64,000 nucleotides of DNA from Bacilli bacterium (GCA_045125935.1 JBGVNW010000041.1:66199-130198); one strand, 5' to 3'. Counted from the stretch's first letter, positions 35,001-44,738 are shown. The notes: generated by a model not told the origin, from the sequence alone. A program made the numbers and translations.

Positions 35001-36705
35001 AGGATCTCGTGGTTCAGTAGGTTCAAGTTTTGTCGCAACCATGATGGGAATTACAGAGGTTAACCCATTATCAGCACATTACCGTTGCCCAGAATGTAAG
35101 GTAAGTATCTTTGAAGATGAAAATGGTAATTCTTACGGAGCAGAATACTCATCAGGATTTGATTTGCCAGATAAAATGTGCCCGCACTGTAATATTCCAT
35201 TAATTAAAGATGGACAAGACATGCCATTCGCGACATTCTTAGGATTTAATGCTGATAAAGTTCCAGATATTGATCTTAACTTCTCAGATTTAAATCAAGC
35301 TAGTGCTCACGCCTATACAAAAGTATTGTTTGGAGAAGATAATGTCTTCCGTGCCGGAACAATTGGTACAGTTGCTGATAAGACTGCCTTTGGTTTTGTA
35401 AAAGGTTATTGTGAAGAAAAAGAATTAGGTGATATGCGTGCTGCTGAAATTGAACGTTTAGCAATAGGCTGCACCGGAGTAAAGAGAACAACCGGCCAGC
35501 ATCCAGGAGGAATTGTCGTTGTACCAGATTACAAAGAAGTATCAGATTTTACTCCATATCAGTTCCCAGCAGAAGATGCAACTGCAGAGTGGCGAACAAC
35601 ACACTTTGATTACCACTCAATTGACCAATGCTTATTAAAACTTGATATCTTAGGTCATTCAGATCCAACTCAATTGAGATTAATTCAAAATCAATCAGGA
35701 ACAGATATCATGAAAGTTCCACTAGATGATAAAGCTACCATGAGTATTTTTACATCAACTGAAGCTCTAGGTGTTACAACAGAACAAATTATGTGTAATA
35801 CAGGTACTCTTGGTATTCCAGAATTTGGTACGCCATTTACAATTAAACTTGTTGAAGATACACGTCCAACAACATTCGGTGAACTTGTTAAAATATCAGG
35901 ACTTTCACATGGTACTGACGTTTGGCTAGGTAACGCCCAAGAATTAATAAAAAATAACATTGTCCCATTCAAAGAAACTATTGGTTGTCGTGACGATATC
36001 ATGGTTTACCTAATGTATCGTGGTGTTGCTCCAATTAAAGCCTTTAAGATTATGGAGTTTGTCCGTAAAGGAAAAGCATCAAAAGATCCGGAAACATGGA
36101 AAGGTCACGTTGAAACAATGAAAGCTGCTAATATTCCAGAATGGTTTATTGACTCATGTGCTAAAATCAAATACATGTTCCCTAAAGCTCACGCTGCAGC
36201 TTACGTAACAAGTGCCTTTAGAATTGCCTGGTACAAAGTTCACATGCCTGTATACTTTTATGCTTCATGGTATTCATCAAAGGCAACTGATGTTGATGTT
36301 ATAAGTATGATTAATGGTTATGATGATATCAAGAGTAGATTAGAAGATATTCAAGCTAAAGGATTTGAAGCCTCTAATAAAGAAAATGGACAAGCTGAAA
36401 GTCTAAATGTAGCCCTAGAAGCAACAGCTCGTGGAATTAAATTCTTACCAATCGATTTATACAAAAGTGATGCAACTGTTTGGGTAGCAAAAAATGATAC
36501 AGAGATTTATCCACCATTTAATGCTATCGAAGGACTAGGTGATACAGTTGCTTATAACATCGTAAGAGAAAGAGAAAAAGGAACATTCTTAAGTATTGAA
36601 GATGTTCAAAAACGTGGCAAGGTATCACAAACATTAATTAATAAAATGAAAGAAATGGGTATTTTAAAAGATTTACCAGATTCAAATCAATTATCACTAT
36701 TTTAA
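32089..36705 (+). CDS. polC: DNA polymerase III alpha subunit, PolC type
   Basis: 1538 aa. PHP (VELHCHTVMSQMDG), internal DEDDh exonuclease (FVVFDFETTG, HNAKFDVSFL), zinc module (CPECK...CPHC), PDIDLNF and GQHPGGIVVVP. Confidence 0.95.
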   Translation: MDNNMQKLIDKINIDKNNYQYFSDAKITKIKVNSHTNIWNVFITKTNLLPVEVFSELEEKKNLLDENASEINFIFEITNLDLEAYTSYYPYLLKQLKEELKVLEIYEDCLHIEDGFLILIVSNEIEKEKLEMCLDKINVFYKMLGYKFNVDIVIRHEENILEEIKQELEVSAPVAPLPQKEEKKEDAPKEKQFRREPKDPNSVIGRGIKEEPIKIKTLLGEDNNVVVEGFVFGTDYFESSKTDFKIITLKITDYSDSIYCKVFVRDDEEYARLCKELKTGNWYKIRGYTKNDQFAKELVLNARDIVKIEKNESVIKDNAKVKRVELHCHTVMSQMDGVANEEAIVKQAMKWGHKAIAITDHNGVQAFPHVFNLVTGYNKGLKEGEEPFKAIYGTELVMIDDSVNIVLRPNNEVMLDQTFVVFDFETTGFNAGGADSIIEIGAVKLKDGVVIEKYDELINPGRPLPQKIIDVTNITDEMLAGKDNEENAIKRFIEWFGDCPMVAHNAKFDVSFLEMAYKKYNLGTFTNPVIDTLELSRTMDNTYARHSLSALVKRYEVPWDESAHHRGDYDAEGTALVFHKMMKKLSNRNIERMDQLDNLVTKDEIHKYGRAHHINLLVKNKVGLKNLFKLVSLANTTYLYKTPRILRSVIEEHREGLLVGSGCYESEVFTEAKSKSDDELSNIIRFYDYVEVQPLECYNHMIQSGDFATEVELAANIEKIIRVTEEAGKIIVATGDVHHIKRDDKIYREIIVNQKVPGGGRHPLAKSGIKSIPSNHLRTTEEMLSDFKFLGEDLAYKIVVENTNKIANMIEIVEVIPDTGGIPFSPRIKSDDGQSYLDCPRVVTDLVYTKAKDWYGEPLPYFIEERIATELYGDIVLKTVKENLKDQNLSEEEFTKQAYKQTHDIILEGFDKVKELVREHVKKTSEEELDEKELEKAVKKALGGIIGGGFDPIYLIAQRLVKHSNDEGYLVGSRGSVGSSFVATMMGITEVNPLSAHYRCPECKVSIFEDENGNSYGAEYSSGFDLPDKMCPHCNIPLIKDGQDMPFATFLGFNADKVPDIDLNFSDLNQASAHAYTKVLFGEDNVFRAGTIGTVADKTAFGFVKGYCEEKELGDMRAAEIERLAIGCTGVKRTTGQHPGGIVVVPDYKEVSDFTPYQFPAEDATAEWRTTHFDYHSIDQCLLKLDILGHSDPTQLRLIQNQSGTDIMKVPLDDKATMSIFTSTEALGVTTEQIMCNTGTLGIPEFGTPFTIKLVEDTRPTTFGELVKISGLSHGTDVWLGNAQELIKNNIVPFKETIGCRDDIMVYLMYRGVAPIKAFKIMEFVRKGKASKDPETWKGHVETMKAANIPEWFIDSCAKIKYMFPKAHAAAYVTSAFRIAWYKVHMPVYFYASWYSSKATDVDVISMINGYDDIKSRLEDIQAKGFEASNKENGQAESLNVALEATARGIKFLPIDLYKSDATVWVAKNDTEIYPPFNAIEGLGDTVAYNIVREREKGTFLSIEDVQKRGKVSQTLINKMKEMGILKDLPDSNQLSLF

Positions 36706-36714
36706 GGAGTTAAT

Positions 36715-36984
36715 ATGGAATATATAAGAAAAGATAATAGTAAAGTAAAATTCACAACTATTTTAGAAGATAAAGACAATGCAACAATTTTTCGTCACTT
36801 CAAAGGCCATGAATATAAAATTATTACAGTTGCTAAAGATTCAGAAGATTTAAAAGAAATTGTTGTTTATCAAGGACAATATGATAATATGCCATGTTGG
36901 ACTAGAGAAATAGAAGAGTTTTTCTCAAAAACAGATAAAGAAAAGTATCCAGATGCTCAAGAATATCGTTTTGAAAAAATATAA
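36715..36984 (+). CDS. DUF1653-family protein
   Basis: FRHFKGHEYKIITVAKDSEDLKEIVVYQ. Confidence 0.65.
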   Translation: MEYIRKDNSKVKFTTILEDKDNATIFRHFKGHEYKIITVAKDSEDLKEIVVYQGQYDNMPCWTREIEEFFSKTDKEKYPDAQEYRFEKI

Positions 36985-36995
36985 TAACACAAAGA

Positions 36996-37021
36996 GAAGA
37001 TGTCAAAAAACATCTTTTTTT
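36996..37021 (+). terminator. intrinsic terminator
   Basis: GAAGATG-TCAAAAAA-CATCTTT followed by a T-run. Confidence 0.7.
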
Positions 37022-37157
37022 CATGACTTAATTATTTCCAAAAATTGGCAATAAAAAGTTTCTTATCTTCAATTGATTTTAAAAAGTAAAAAAGTTACAA
37101 TGATATTTGTCTCCCGCTGAAAAAGACAAGGTAAGTTATAAGAATAAGGAGACAAAA

Positions 37158-38096
37158 ATGAACAATGAAATAATATTTTTTGAAAATCAAAATGTAAAAT
37201 TAGAAGTAAATATGCAAGATGAGACAGTTTGGCTTACACAAGAGCAAATGGTAAAACTATATGAAAGAGATCAATCAGTGATCTCCAGACATATAAAAAA
37301 TATTTTTAAAGAAGGAGAACTAGAAGAGGAAAGTAATATGCAAAAAATGCATATTGCTAATTCTGACAAGCCAATAATTCTTTACAACTTAGATGTAATA
37401 ATATCAGTTGGATATCGTGTGAAGTCAAAAAACGGAATTATCTTTAGACGTTGGGCAAATAAGGTCTTAAAAGATTACTTAATCAAAGGATATGCAATAA
37501 ATAATAGAAGATTAGAATATTTAGAAAAAACCGTAAAATTAATTGATATTGCTGGAAGAATAGAAAAAGACCTAAATGGTAGTGAAGCTCAAGGTATAAT
37601 TAAAGTAATTAATACATATTCAAATGCTCTAAACCTTCTAGATGATTATGATCATAAGCGAATAATTAAACCAAATGGCACAAATACAGATAAAATGATT
37701 ACTTATGAAGAATGTATGAGTGTCATAAGTAAATTAAAGTTTAACAGTGATAGTAACATTTTTGCTTTAGAAAGAAATCAAGGTTTAAAGGCGATTATTG
37801 GTAATATTTATCAATCGTTTGCTGGAGAAGAACTATACAAAACAACAGAGGAAAAAGCTGCAAACTTCTTATATTTAATTACAAAAGATCATGTGTTCAT
37901 AGATGGTAATAAAAGAATTGCCGCAACTTTATTTATCTACTTTTTAGAATTTTATAATTTACTATATAAAGAGGATAAAAAAGTAATTGATAATAACACT
38001 TTAGTTGCATTAACGCTACTCATTGCACAATCTAATCCAAAAGAAAAAGAAATATTAATAGATCTAATAATGAACTTTTTAAATTGTGATATATAA
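37158..38096 (+). CDS. RhuM-like N-terminal domain fused to Doc/Fic domain
   Basis: ATG 37158 behind AAGGAGA. N-terminal VWLTQEQMVKLYERDQSVISRHIKNIF...ISVGYRVKSKNGIIFRRWA (RhuM-type). C-terminal HVFIDGNKRIAA (37890-37925) matches the Doc variant HxFx(D/N)(A/G)NKR. Confidence 0.7.
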   Translation: MNNEIIFFENQNVKLEVNMQDETVWLTQEQMVKLYERDQSVISRHIKNIFKEGELEEESNMQKMHIANSDKPIILYNLDVIISVGYRVKSKNGIIFRRWANKVLKDYLIKGYAINNRRLEYLEKTVKLIDIAGRIEKDLNGSEAQGIIKVINTYSNALNLLDDYDHKRIIKPNGTNTDKMITYEECMSVISKLKFNSDSNIFALERNQGLKAIIGNIYQSFAGEELYKTTEEKAANFLYLITKDHVFIDGNKRIAATLFIYFLEFYNLLYKEDKKVIDNNTLVALTLLIAQSNPKEKEILIDLIMNFLNCDI

Positions 38097-38400
38097 AAAT
38101 ATTGTTGTAAAGAAAAGTGTAAAATATTTTTCTCCCCAAAAATTAAAAATGTCAATTAAAGTATAAAAATAAAGTCGTCTTATTTCTATAAGATGACTTT
38201 TTTTAGTCAAAAAAAACACAATATTCAATATATTGTGAAAGTTAATCTAGCCATATCTTATGTATAAATTATAGCTCGAAACGGCACTTTTGACAACGCT
38301 TTTTGGAAAAAATATCCATAAATGCCTAAATAATGATATAAATCTGATGTTTTTTTGGATTGTTTTTAGTCAAAAAAATGGTCACATAAAGGAGAGTTGT

Positions 38401-39723
38401 ATGGCAAGAAAAGGCGAAAATATTTTACTTGATGAAGATGGAAGATGGGAAGCAAGATATGTAAAGGGATATCATCTAAATGGTAAATGTATTTACGGAT
38501 ACATCTATGGTAAGAGTTATCAAGAAGTAAAAAATAAAAGGATTCAATTATTAATGGATCCTAATTATATTAAAGCAAATAATAAAAAACAGGATAATAT
38601 TCCTATAAGGTTTAACGACAAGATTAACGATTGGTTAGCAAGACAAAAAATTACAGTAAAAATGTCGACATACTATTTTTATTATAATACCGTTTCAAAA
38701 CATATCATACCGGAACTAGGAGAAATATTAATATCTAATATTAATGACAATCTAATTACCCAATTTATAACAAATAAAATTGAAGATAATAAATTACAAA
38801 TGTCTACTATTAAAGAAATTACAATTGTTTTAAAACAAATACTTTCATTTTGTGGCTTAAACATAAAAGTTGCATTACCAAAAGTTCCAAAATCAAGAAT
38901 TTCAGTTTTATCTAAAGAAGAAATGTTAGTATTACAAAACTATATTTCTTCAAATTTAAATGAGTATTCTATAGGTGTTTTACTATCTTTATATGCAGGT
39001 CTTAGAATTGGTGAAGTTTGTGCATTAAAATGGGAAAATATTGATTTAGAGAATGGTATTATTTCCATTGAAAAAACAGTTTCTAGGGTTAAAAATGATG
39101 ATACCAGCACTCAATATAAAACGAAGTTAATATTATTAGAAAGTAAAACAGTTAATTCAATTAGGCAAATACCACTTAATAATAATCTAATAAAGAAAAA
39201 GTTAAAATATTTGTCTATCCATGATAAAGTCCAATATAATCGCTCACTTGCGAGTTATTATGGTTATTTTTTAGGAGTATTTAAAACAAAGAAGTTGAAT
39301 TTTAAAATGAAGTTAATTGATAAATATAATGCATATAAAGATAAATATAAAAATGCTCTTGTCATTATGAAGGAAGGAATATTTTATAAGACATTTAATG
39401 ACGATGCTAAAATATTATGGTATTTATTTGACTACAAGTATGTAAATGATACTGTTTCTTTTGGCAATGTTCCTTATGATAAGGTTATCTTAAAATTAAA
39501 TAAATTGGATATTAGTTATATAATTATTGATAATGATAATATTGTTTTATCTTATTTAAGGGATGAAGAGACATTTTTATCTTACAAAAGTCTTGCTAAA
39601 AAGAGTTACAACAAGACTGAAAAAACTGAAGAATTAGTTGATAAATTAAAGTTAATAATGACTAATAGTCCTGATAATTATGAAAAGATTAATACATTAT
39701 TTGATAAATTATTAGAAGAGTAA
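38401..39723 (+). pseudogene. tyrosine-recombinase remnant fused in frame to a MutS-domain-I-like module
   Basis: ATG 38401 behind AAAGGAGA. SAM-like N-domain, catalytic Arg box (LLSLYAGLRIGEVCALKWENIDL) and beta-hairpin Lys (ESKTVNSIRQIPL), but no HxxR or Tyr. The ORF then continues as LIDKYNAYKDKYKNALVIMKEGIFYKTFNDDAKILWYLF.., which resembles the MutS N-terminal mismatch domain. Confidence 0.55.
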
Positions 39724-39797
39724 AGGAATACAAAAAAGTATTCTTTTCTTGTGAAAAAAATCTTCTAATTATATAATATAACCGAAGGACTGATAGT

Positions 39798-41195
39798 ATG
39801 AATTATGCAATTTTAATAAATAAAAATAATAAAATTAAAAGTAATTACTTAAATAGAGTAAAGCTAATAACTACAAAAGATCAGGATAATGAAGATGTTT
39901 TAGTAGAAGAAGAAACTTATAAAGCATTTAAAGAACTACAAACATTTTTAGAGACAAAAAATATTCATGTAGTAATTGATTCTGCATATAGAAGTTTAGA
40001 TGATCAAGAAGCTTTATATCAAGAATTTTTAGAAGAATATGGTGAGGATTATACATCGAAATATGTTGCTCCTGTAGGTACTAGTGAACATCATACTGGA
40101 CTAGCTATTGATTTATCGCTAATAGTAGATGGAAAAATTTTAGAAGAAGATGATAATAAGGAAAAATATCATCAACTTTACGAAGAAATACATACATATT
40201 TACATGAATTTGGTTTCATTTTAAGATACCCAAAGGAAAAAGAAAAAATTACTGGCTATTCTTATGAACCATGGCATATTCGTTATGTTGGTAAATTTAT
40301 TTCTAAAATAATCTATGAAAATAATTATACTCTAGAAGAGTATCTAACTGATTTTAGTGGAGTCCTAGTAATTAATAAACCAAAAGGAGTAACTTCTTTT
40401 GATGTTGTTAATGATATAAGTCATTTATTTGGAATAAAACGAGTAGGTCATACAGGGACTCTTGATCCATTAGCTGAAGGTGTTTTAGTCGTAACAATTG
40501 GTAAAGCTACTAAAATAGCGGAACTTCTAACAGCTGAATATAAAGAATATGAGGCTGGTGTTTTACTTGGTGTTGATACTGATACATTGGATATTACTGG
40601 TAAGGTTTTAAATACTAAAGTTGTCCCATATAATTTAAATATTGAAGATGCTATTAATAATTTTAAAAAGACCTATCTTCAAGAAGTGCCTATCTTTTCT
40701 GCTGTCAAAGTAAATGGTAAAAAGTTATATGATTATGCTAGAAATAATGAAAAGGTTGAACTACCAAAAAAAGAAGTAACTATTAAGGAAATAGAAATCT
40801 TATCGACAAACAAAAATACTTTTAGCTTCAAATGTCTTGTCTCAAAAGGTTGCTATATCAGAAGCTTAATTAGAGATATTGCTAAATCAATAGATATGTA
40901 TGCTACAATGACAAGTCTTACTAGAACAAAACAAGGTAAGTTTACGCTAAAAGAAGCAACTTCTTTAGAAGAATTAAAACAAGGAAATTATCATCTATAT
41001 AGAATAGAAGAAGTTCTAGATTATCCAGTAATAAAATTAGATAAAGAGTTAGAATACAAAATAATTACTGGTCAAAAAATAGAAAATATTTATAACATAG
41101 AAGATAAAGTGATTTTCCTAAATGAAAATAATAAATTACTAGGAATATCTGAAGTAGAAAATAATTATCTTCGCACATGGAAAAATTTTAATTAA
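39798..41195 (+). CDS. truB: fusion of VanY-like M15B D,D-carboxypeptidase domain and tRNA pseudouridine-55 synthase TruB
   Basis: N-terminal half: SAYRSLDDQEALY, SEHHTGLAIDL, EPWHIRYVG. C-terminal half: GVLVINKPKGVTSFDVV, GHTGTLDPLAEGVLVV. One uninterrupted 465-aa ORF. Confidence 0.75.
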   Translation: MNYAILINKNNKIKSNYLNRVKLITTKDQDNEDVLVEEETYKAFKELQTFLETKNIHVVIDSAYRSLDDQEALYQEFLEEYGEDYTSKYVAPVGTSEHHTGLAIDLSLIVDGKILEEDDNKEKYHQLYEEIHTYLHEFGFILRYPKEKEKITGYSYEPWHIRYVGKFISKIIYENNYTLEEYLTDFSGVLVINKPKGVTSFDVVNDISHLFGIKRVGHTGTLDPLAEGVLVVTIGKATKIAELLTAEYKEYEAGVLLGVDTDTLDITGKVLNTKVVPYNLNIEDAINNFKKTYLQEVPIFSAVKVNGKKLYDYARNNEKVELPKKEVTIKEIEILSTNKNTFSFKCLVSKGCYIRSLIRDIAKSIDMYATMTSLTRTKQGKFTLKEATSLEELKQGNYHLYRIEEVLDYPVIKLDKELEYKIITGQKIENIYNIEDKVIFLNENNKLLGISEVENNYLRTWKNFN

Positions 41196-41387
41196 AAATA
41201 AACTAGATTAGTAAAATGTTAGACTTATACTGTTAAAAATGAGTCTTTTGAAATACTAATCTTTTTTGTAGGCTTATTGCATATTAATCAAAAAACTTTA
41301 TATTTCCATCAAATAACCAGTTATTTACAAAATAAAAAAATTCTGTTATAATATGTGGCACATTTAGGGAATATGCGGTGATATCGA

Positions 41388-42116
41388 ATGAAAGGGAAAA
41401 TTAATGATTTTGAATTAAAATTATATGAAAAACTAGGTATAAAAAAATTCAAAAAATATATTATTGGTCTAAAGGATAGTTTAATAGATACAAAATATAT
41501 GAACAATCCCAAAGGAAAAGAAGAATATAAGAAAAAGCATACAAATTATAGTTTAGGAACAGCTAAAACATTAGATGATCTAAAAAGTCATAAAAAGGAA
41601 ATGCTCTTTAATGGTATAGTACATACTATGAGTTTAATTTCTTGTATTTCAATTTTAGCAACAACTCCAGTAGTGTTACCTTTATCAGCACTTAATTTAA
41701 TAGGTTATACTTCAACATTGCTTGTAACAGTGATAAATACTTATTGTGTAATGCTTCAAAGGTATAATTGGATACGATTTGATAAGGTAATAGAAAAGAA
41801 TAATGCTTCAGATATGAAGAAAAAACAAAAAGCTAAAAAAGAATTGAAAGAAAAAGACAAGGAATTATCAGAACATAAATATAAAGTAAAAAAAGTATCT
41901 AAAAGATTTAGTAAGGAAAAAGAAGTTACACTAGATGAGATAGTTGAACATGCAACACTTAGTGAGTTAAGAGAGTACAGAAAAAGATTAATAGCTGCAG
42001 AGGAAAGGTTAAATACACAAGAAGATAATAGAGTAGAAATGCAATTGCCAACAACTCACTACAAGTCATTAAAATTAGAACTAAAACCAACTGCTAAATC
42101 AAAAACAGTAGCATAA
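41388..42116 (+). CDS. hypothetical membrane protein with K/E-rich C-terminal tail
   Basis: 242 aa with two central TM helices. Not confidently assigned. Confidence 0.45.
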   Translation: MKGKINDFELKLYEKLGIKKFKKYIIGLKDSLIDTKYMNNPKGKEEYKKKHTNYSLGTAKTLDDLKSHKKEMLFNGIVHTMSLISCISILATTPVVLPLSALNLIGYTSTLLVTVINTYCVMLQRYNWIRFDKVIEKNNASDMKKKQKAKKELKEKDKELSEHKYKVKKVSKRFSKEKEVTLDEIVEHATLSELREYRKRLIAAEERLNTQEDNRVEMQLPTTHYKSLKLELKPTAKSKTVA

Positions 42117-42233
42117 AATATAATAAAATTATGCAACTGTATATACGCAAAATATCCACAAAAATAAACAAAAACTTTACAAAATAAATGAAATGTGTTA
42201 TAATTAGACAGCAATCGAGAAGGGGGAATCTGC

Positions 42234-43433
42234 ATGAAAGAAAAAGAATTTGTAGATTATTATAAACTATTAGAAATAAGTAGCAATGCTACTGAAGAGG
42301 AAATAAAACACGCATTCTGGAGAATGTCAAAGAAATATCATCCAGATAAAGTAGCAACATTAGGAGAAGAACTACAAGCTGAATACACAAAGAAGTTTCA
42401 ACAACTTCAAGAAGCTAGAAGTGTTCTATCTGATAGACTTAAAAAAATGCGCTATGATTTTAAATACAGACAACACGAACGTAAATTGAAATTTACTAAT
42501 ATCTATGAAGATGATGGCATTGAATATGAAGAAACAGATAGTGAAGATTTATCTGAACCATGGAAAGAAAGTTTAAAAAGTCGTTCATCAAAAGAAAAAG
42601 CCTCAGAAAAAACTGGGCCAGCAGGACAATTTACATATATCGATGAAGAAAAATTATATGCAATCAGTGCCAGAAGATATGAACCACGTCCAAAAAAGAA
42701 AAGTAGTATTAATATTAAAAGTGGTATTGTAAAAGTTACTGATACATTTGGAACTTTATTAAAAGGAAATCAATTATTCAAAAAAGGAAAATATAGTAGA
42801 GGATATTCACTTAAAGATAAAGTTATTGTTGGAACACTAGTAGTTGCAATCGCCGGTTCAGCAGTAGCAATGCATTTTTCTAATGACGACAGCGAAGATG
42901 TAATCACAACAGTATCATCTAGTACTGATTATGCCACAGAAAATAACGATAATTTCGAAGCTCTAAACTCAACTGAGGTAACAGAGGAAACAACTGCAGC
43001 AACAGAAGAAGTAGATGATTCAGTTGTTCTATACAGAATTCATAAAGTTGTTACTGGTGATATTCTATCAGTATATTCTAAAGATTCTAACACAACAATA
43101 GAAGAACTTAAAAGAGTAAATAATACAAAAAGCGAAGTTGTTCAATTAGGAAAAGATTATATTATTCCATATATTATTGAACCAGAAGATTTAAAATTTT
43201 ATACACAAACAGCTATATATAATCCATCAATGACAATAGAAGATTTTGCTAAAGAATATGAAACAAATATTGTAACACTTGAAACATTAAATCCAGAAGC
43301 AATAGATTATGATGGTTCACAATATGCAATCGCAACTGATACATTAGTTGTACCAAACTTCATTACAAAAGAAGATTATGAAGTCCTAAAAGCAGCAGAA
43401 AGAATTAAAGAAAAAACAAATATTAAAGAATAA
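42234..43433 (+). CDS. J-domain / single TM / LysM-like protein
   Basis: DYYKLLEISSNATEEEIKHAFWRMSKKYHPDK (J domain with HPD). TM VIVGTLVVAIAGSAVAM. C-terminal YRIHKVVTGDILSVYSKDSNTTIEELKRVNN (LysM-like). Confidence 0.65.
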   Translation: MKEKEFVDYYKLLEISSNATEEEIKHAFWRMSKKYHPDKVATLGEELQAEYTKKFQQLQEARSVLSDRLKKMRYDFKYRQHERKLKFTNIYEDDGIEYEETDSEDLSEPWKESLKSRSSKEKASEKTGPAGQFTYIDEEKLYAISARRYEPRPKKKSSINIKSGIVKVTDTFGTLLKGNQLFKKGKYSRGYSLKDKVIVGTLVVAIAGSAVAMHFSNDDSEDVITTVSSSTDYATENNDNFEALNSTEVTEETTAATEEVDDSVVLYRIHKVVTGDILSVYSKDSNTTIEELKRVNNTKSEVVQLGKDYIIPYIIEPEDLKFYTQTAIYNPSMTIEDFAKEYETNIVTLETLNPEAIDYDGSQYAIATDTLVVPNFITKEDYEVLKAAERIKEKTNIKE

Positions 43434-43443
43434 ATAAAAATAT

Positions 43444-43477
43444 ACAGGTATCTGAAAAAGATATCTGTTTTTATTTT
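43444..43477 (+). terminator. intrinsic terminator
   Basis: ACAGGTATC...GATATCTGT hairpin followed by TTTTTATTTT. Confidence 0.75.
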
Positions 43478-43596
43478 GTCTTCTACTCAGTAAACAAAAT
43501 GTAAACAATAATTCTTTTATTGTAAACTGCATATTTTATACCTTTTATACCCAAAATATTTATTGTATAATAAATTAAAAAAGGGGTAGTGATAAA

Positions 43597-44553
43597 ATGC
43601 AAGAGCTAGCATTTTTATTAATTGGCTTCTTCGCAATAATTAAAGCAAGTGATTTACTAGTTGATAGTGCATCTGCAATAGCAGTAAAATGTAAAGTACC
43701 TAAAATGTTAATTGCTCTAACAATTGTTTCATTTGGAACCTGTGCTCCAGAAGTTGCAATTTCATTTAACAGTGTAATGGCTAAAAATGGTACAATGGCT
43801 TTTGCTAATGTCGTCGGTAGCTGTATAGTAAATGTTTTTTTAATTATAGGATTAGCTGCATTAATAAAACCAATAAAAGTAAAGCATAATACCATAAAAA
43901 AAGAATTACCAATACTCTTATTAATAACAAGTTCGTTTTGCGTTTTAATGTTAGATAGTTTGTTTAACAGTAGAGCACATAATGTTTTCTCTCGAGCAGA
44001 TGGTATTGTTTTAATATTATTATTTATAATGTTTGTTGCATATTTAGTTCAGTTATTTAGAGGAAGAGCTAAAGATGAAGCTGAAGAAAAAGTAGAAATA
44101 AAATATGATAATGTAATAATTGCAAGCTTAGTTTTACTACTATCAATAGTAATGATTTGTATAAGTAGTGATATTATTGTAACTAATGCCACAAAATTAG
44201 CAAAAATACTTGGACTAAGTGAAAAGATAATTACAATGACTGCCATAGTTATAGGAACATCTTTACCAGAATTAATGCTTACAGTAACGAGTGCTAAAAA
44301 AGGTGAATTTGACATGACCATTGGTAATATCATTGGTACAAATATCTTTAATATATGCATTGTTTTAGGTTTACCAGTTACTATATATGGTGATATTTTG
44401 TTAGAAAACTTCTCCATAGTAGATATATTAGTAGTATTCTTATCATCATTTAATTTATTCTTCTTTGCAAGAAGTGAAAGAACAATCTCTAAAAAAGAGG
44501 GTATAATAATGTTACTAATATTCTTAGTATATTATGTATACTTATTTGTATAA
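43597..44553 (+). CDS. CaCA-family sodium/calcium antiporter (YrbG-like)
   Basis: 318 aa, about 10 TM, two alpha-repeats (SFGTCAPEV and IGTSLPEL). Confidence 0.8.
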   Translation: MQELAFLLIGFFAIIKASDLLVDSASAIAVKCKVPKMLIALTIVSFGTCAPEVAISFNSVMAKNGTMAFANVVGSCIVNVFLIIGLAALIKPIKVKHNTIKKELPILLLITSSFCVLMLDSLFNSRAHNVFSRADGIVLILLFIMFVAYLVQLFRGRAKDEAEEKVEIKYDNVIIASLVLLLSIVMICISSDIIVTNATKLAKILGLSEKIITMTAIVIGTSLPELMLTVTSAKKGEFDMTIGNIIGTNIFNICIVLGLPVTIYGDILLENFSIVDILVVFLSSFNLFFFARSERTISKKEGIIMLLIFLVYYVYLFV

Positions 44554-44738
44554 AACAAGACATAATAATCTAAAAGTAGATAAAAGTAATTCAAAAGGAA
44601 TAATAGAAATAGTCGTAGCTTTCAATTTAGAGGGTTACGATTTTAATTTTTATTAGACAACATCAATACTTATATTGTAAAATATAAAGACAATTCTTTA
44701 GCTTATCTTTCTAAAATAGAATTAAAACAAAGAAAAAA

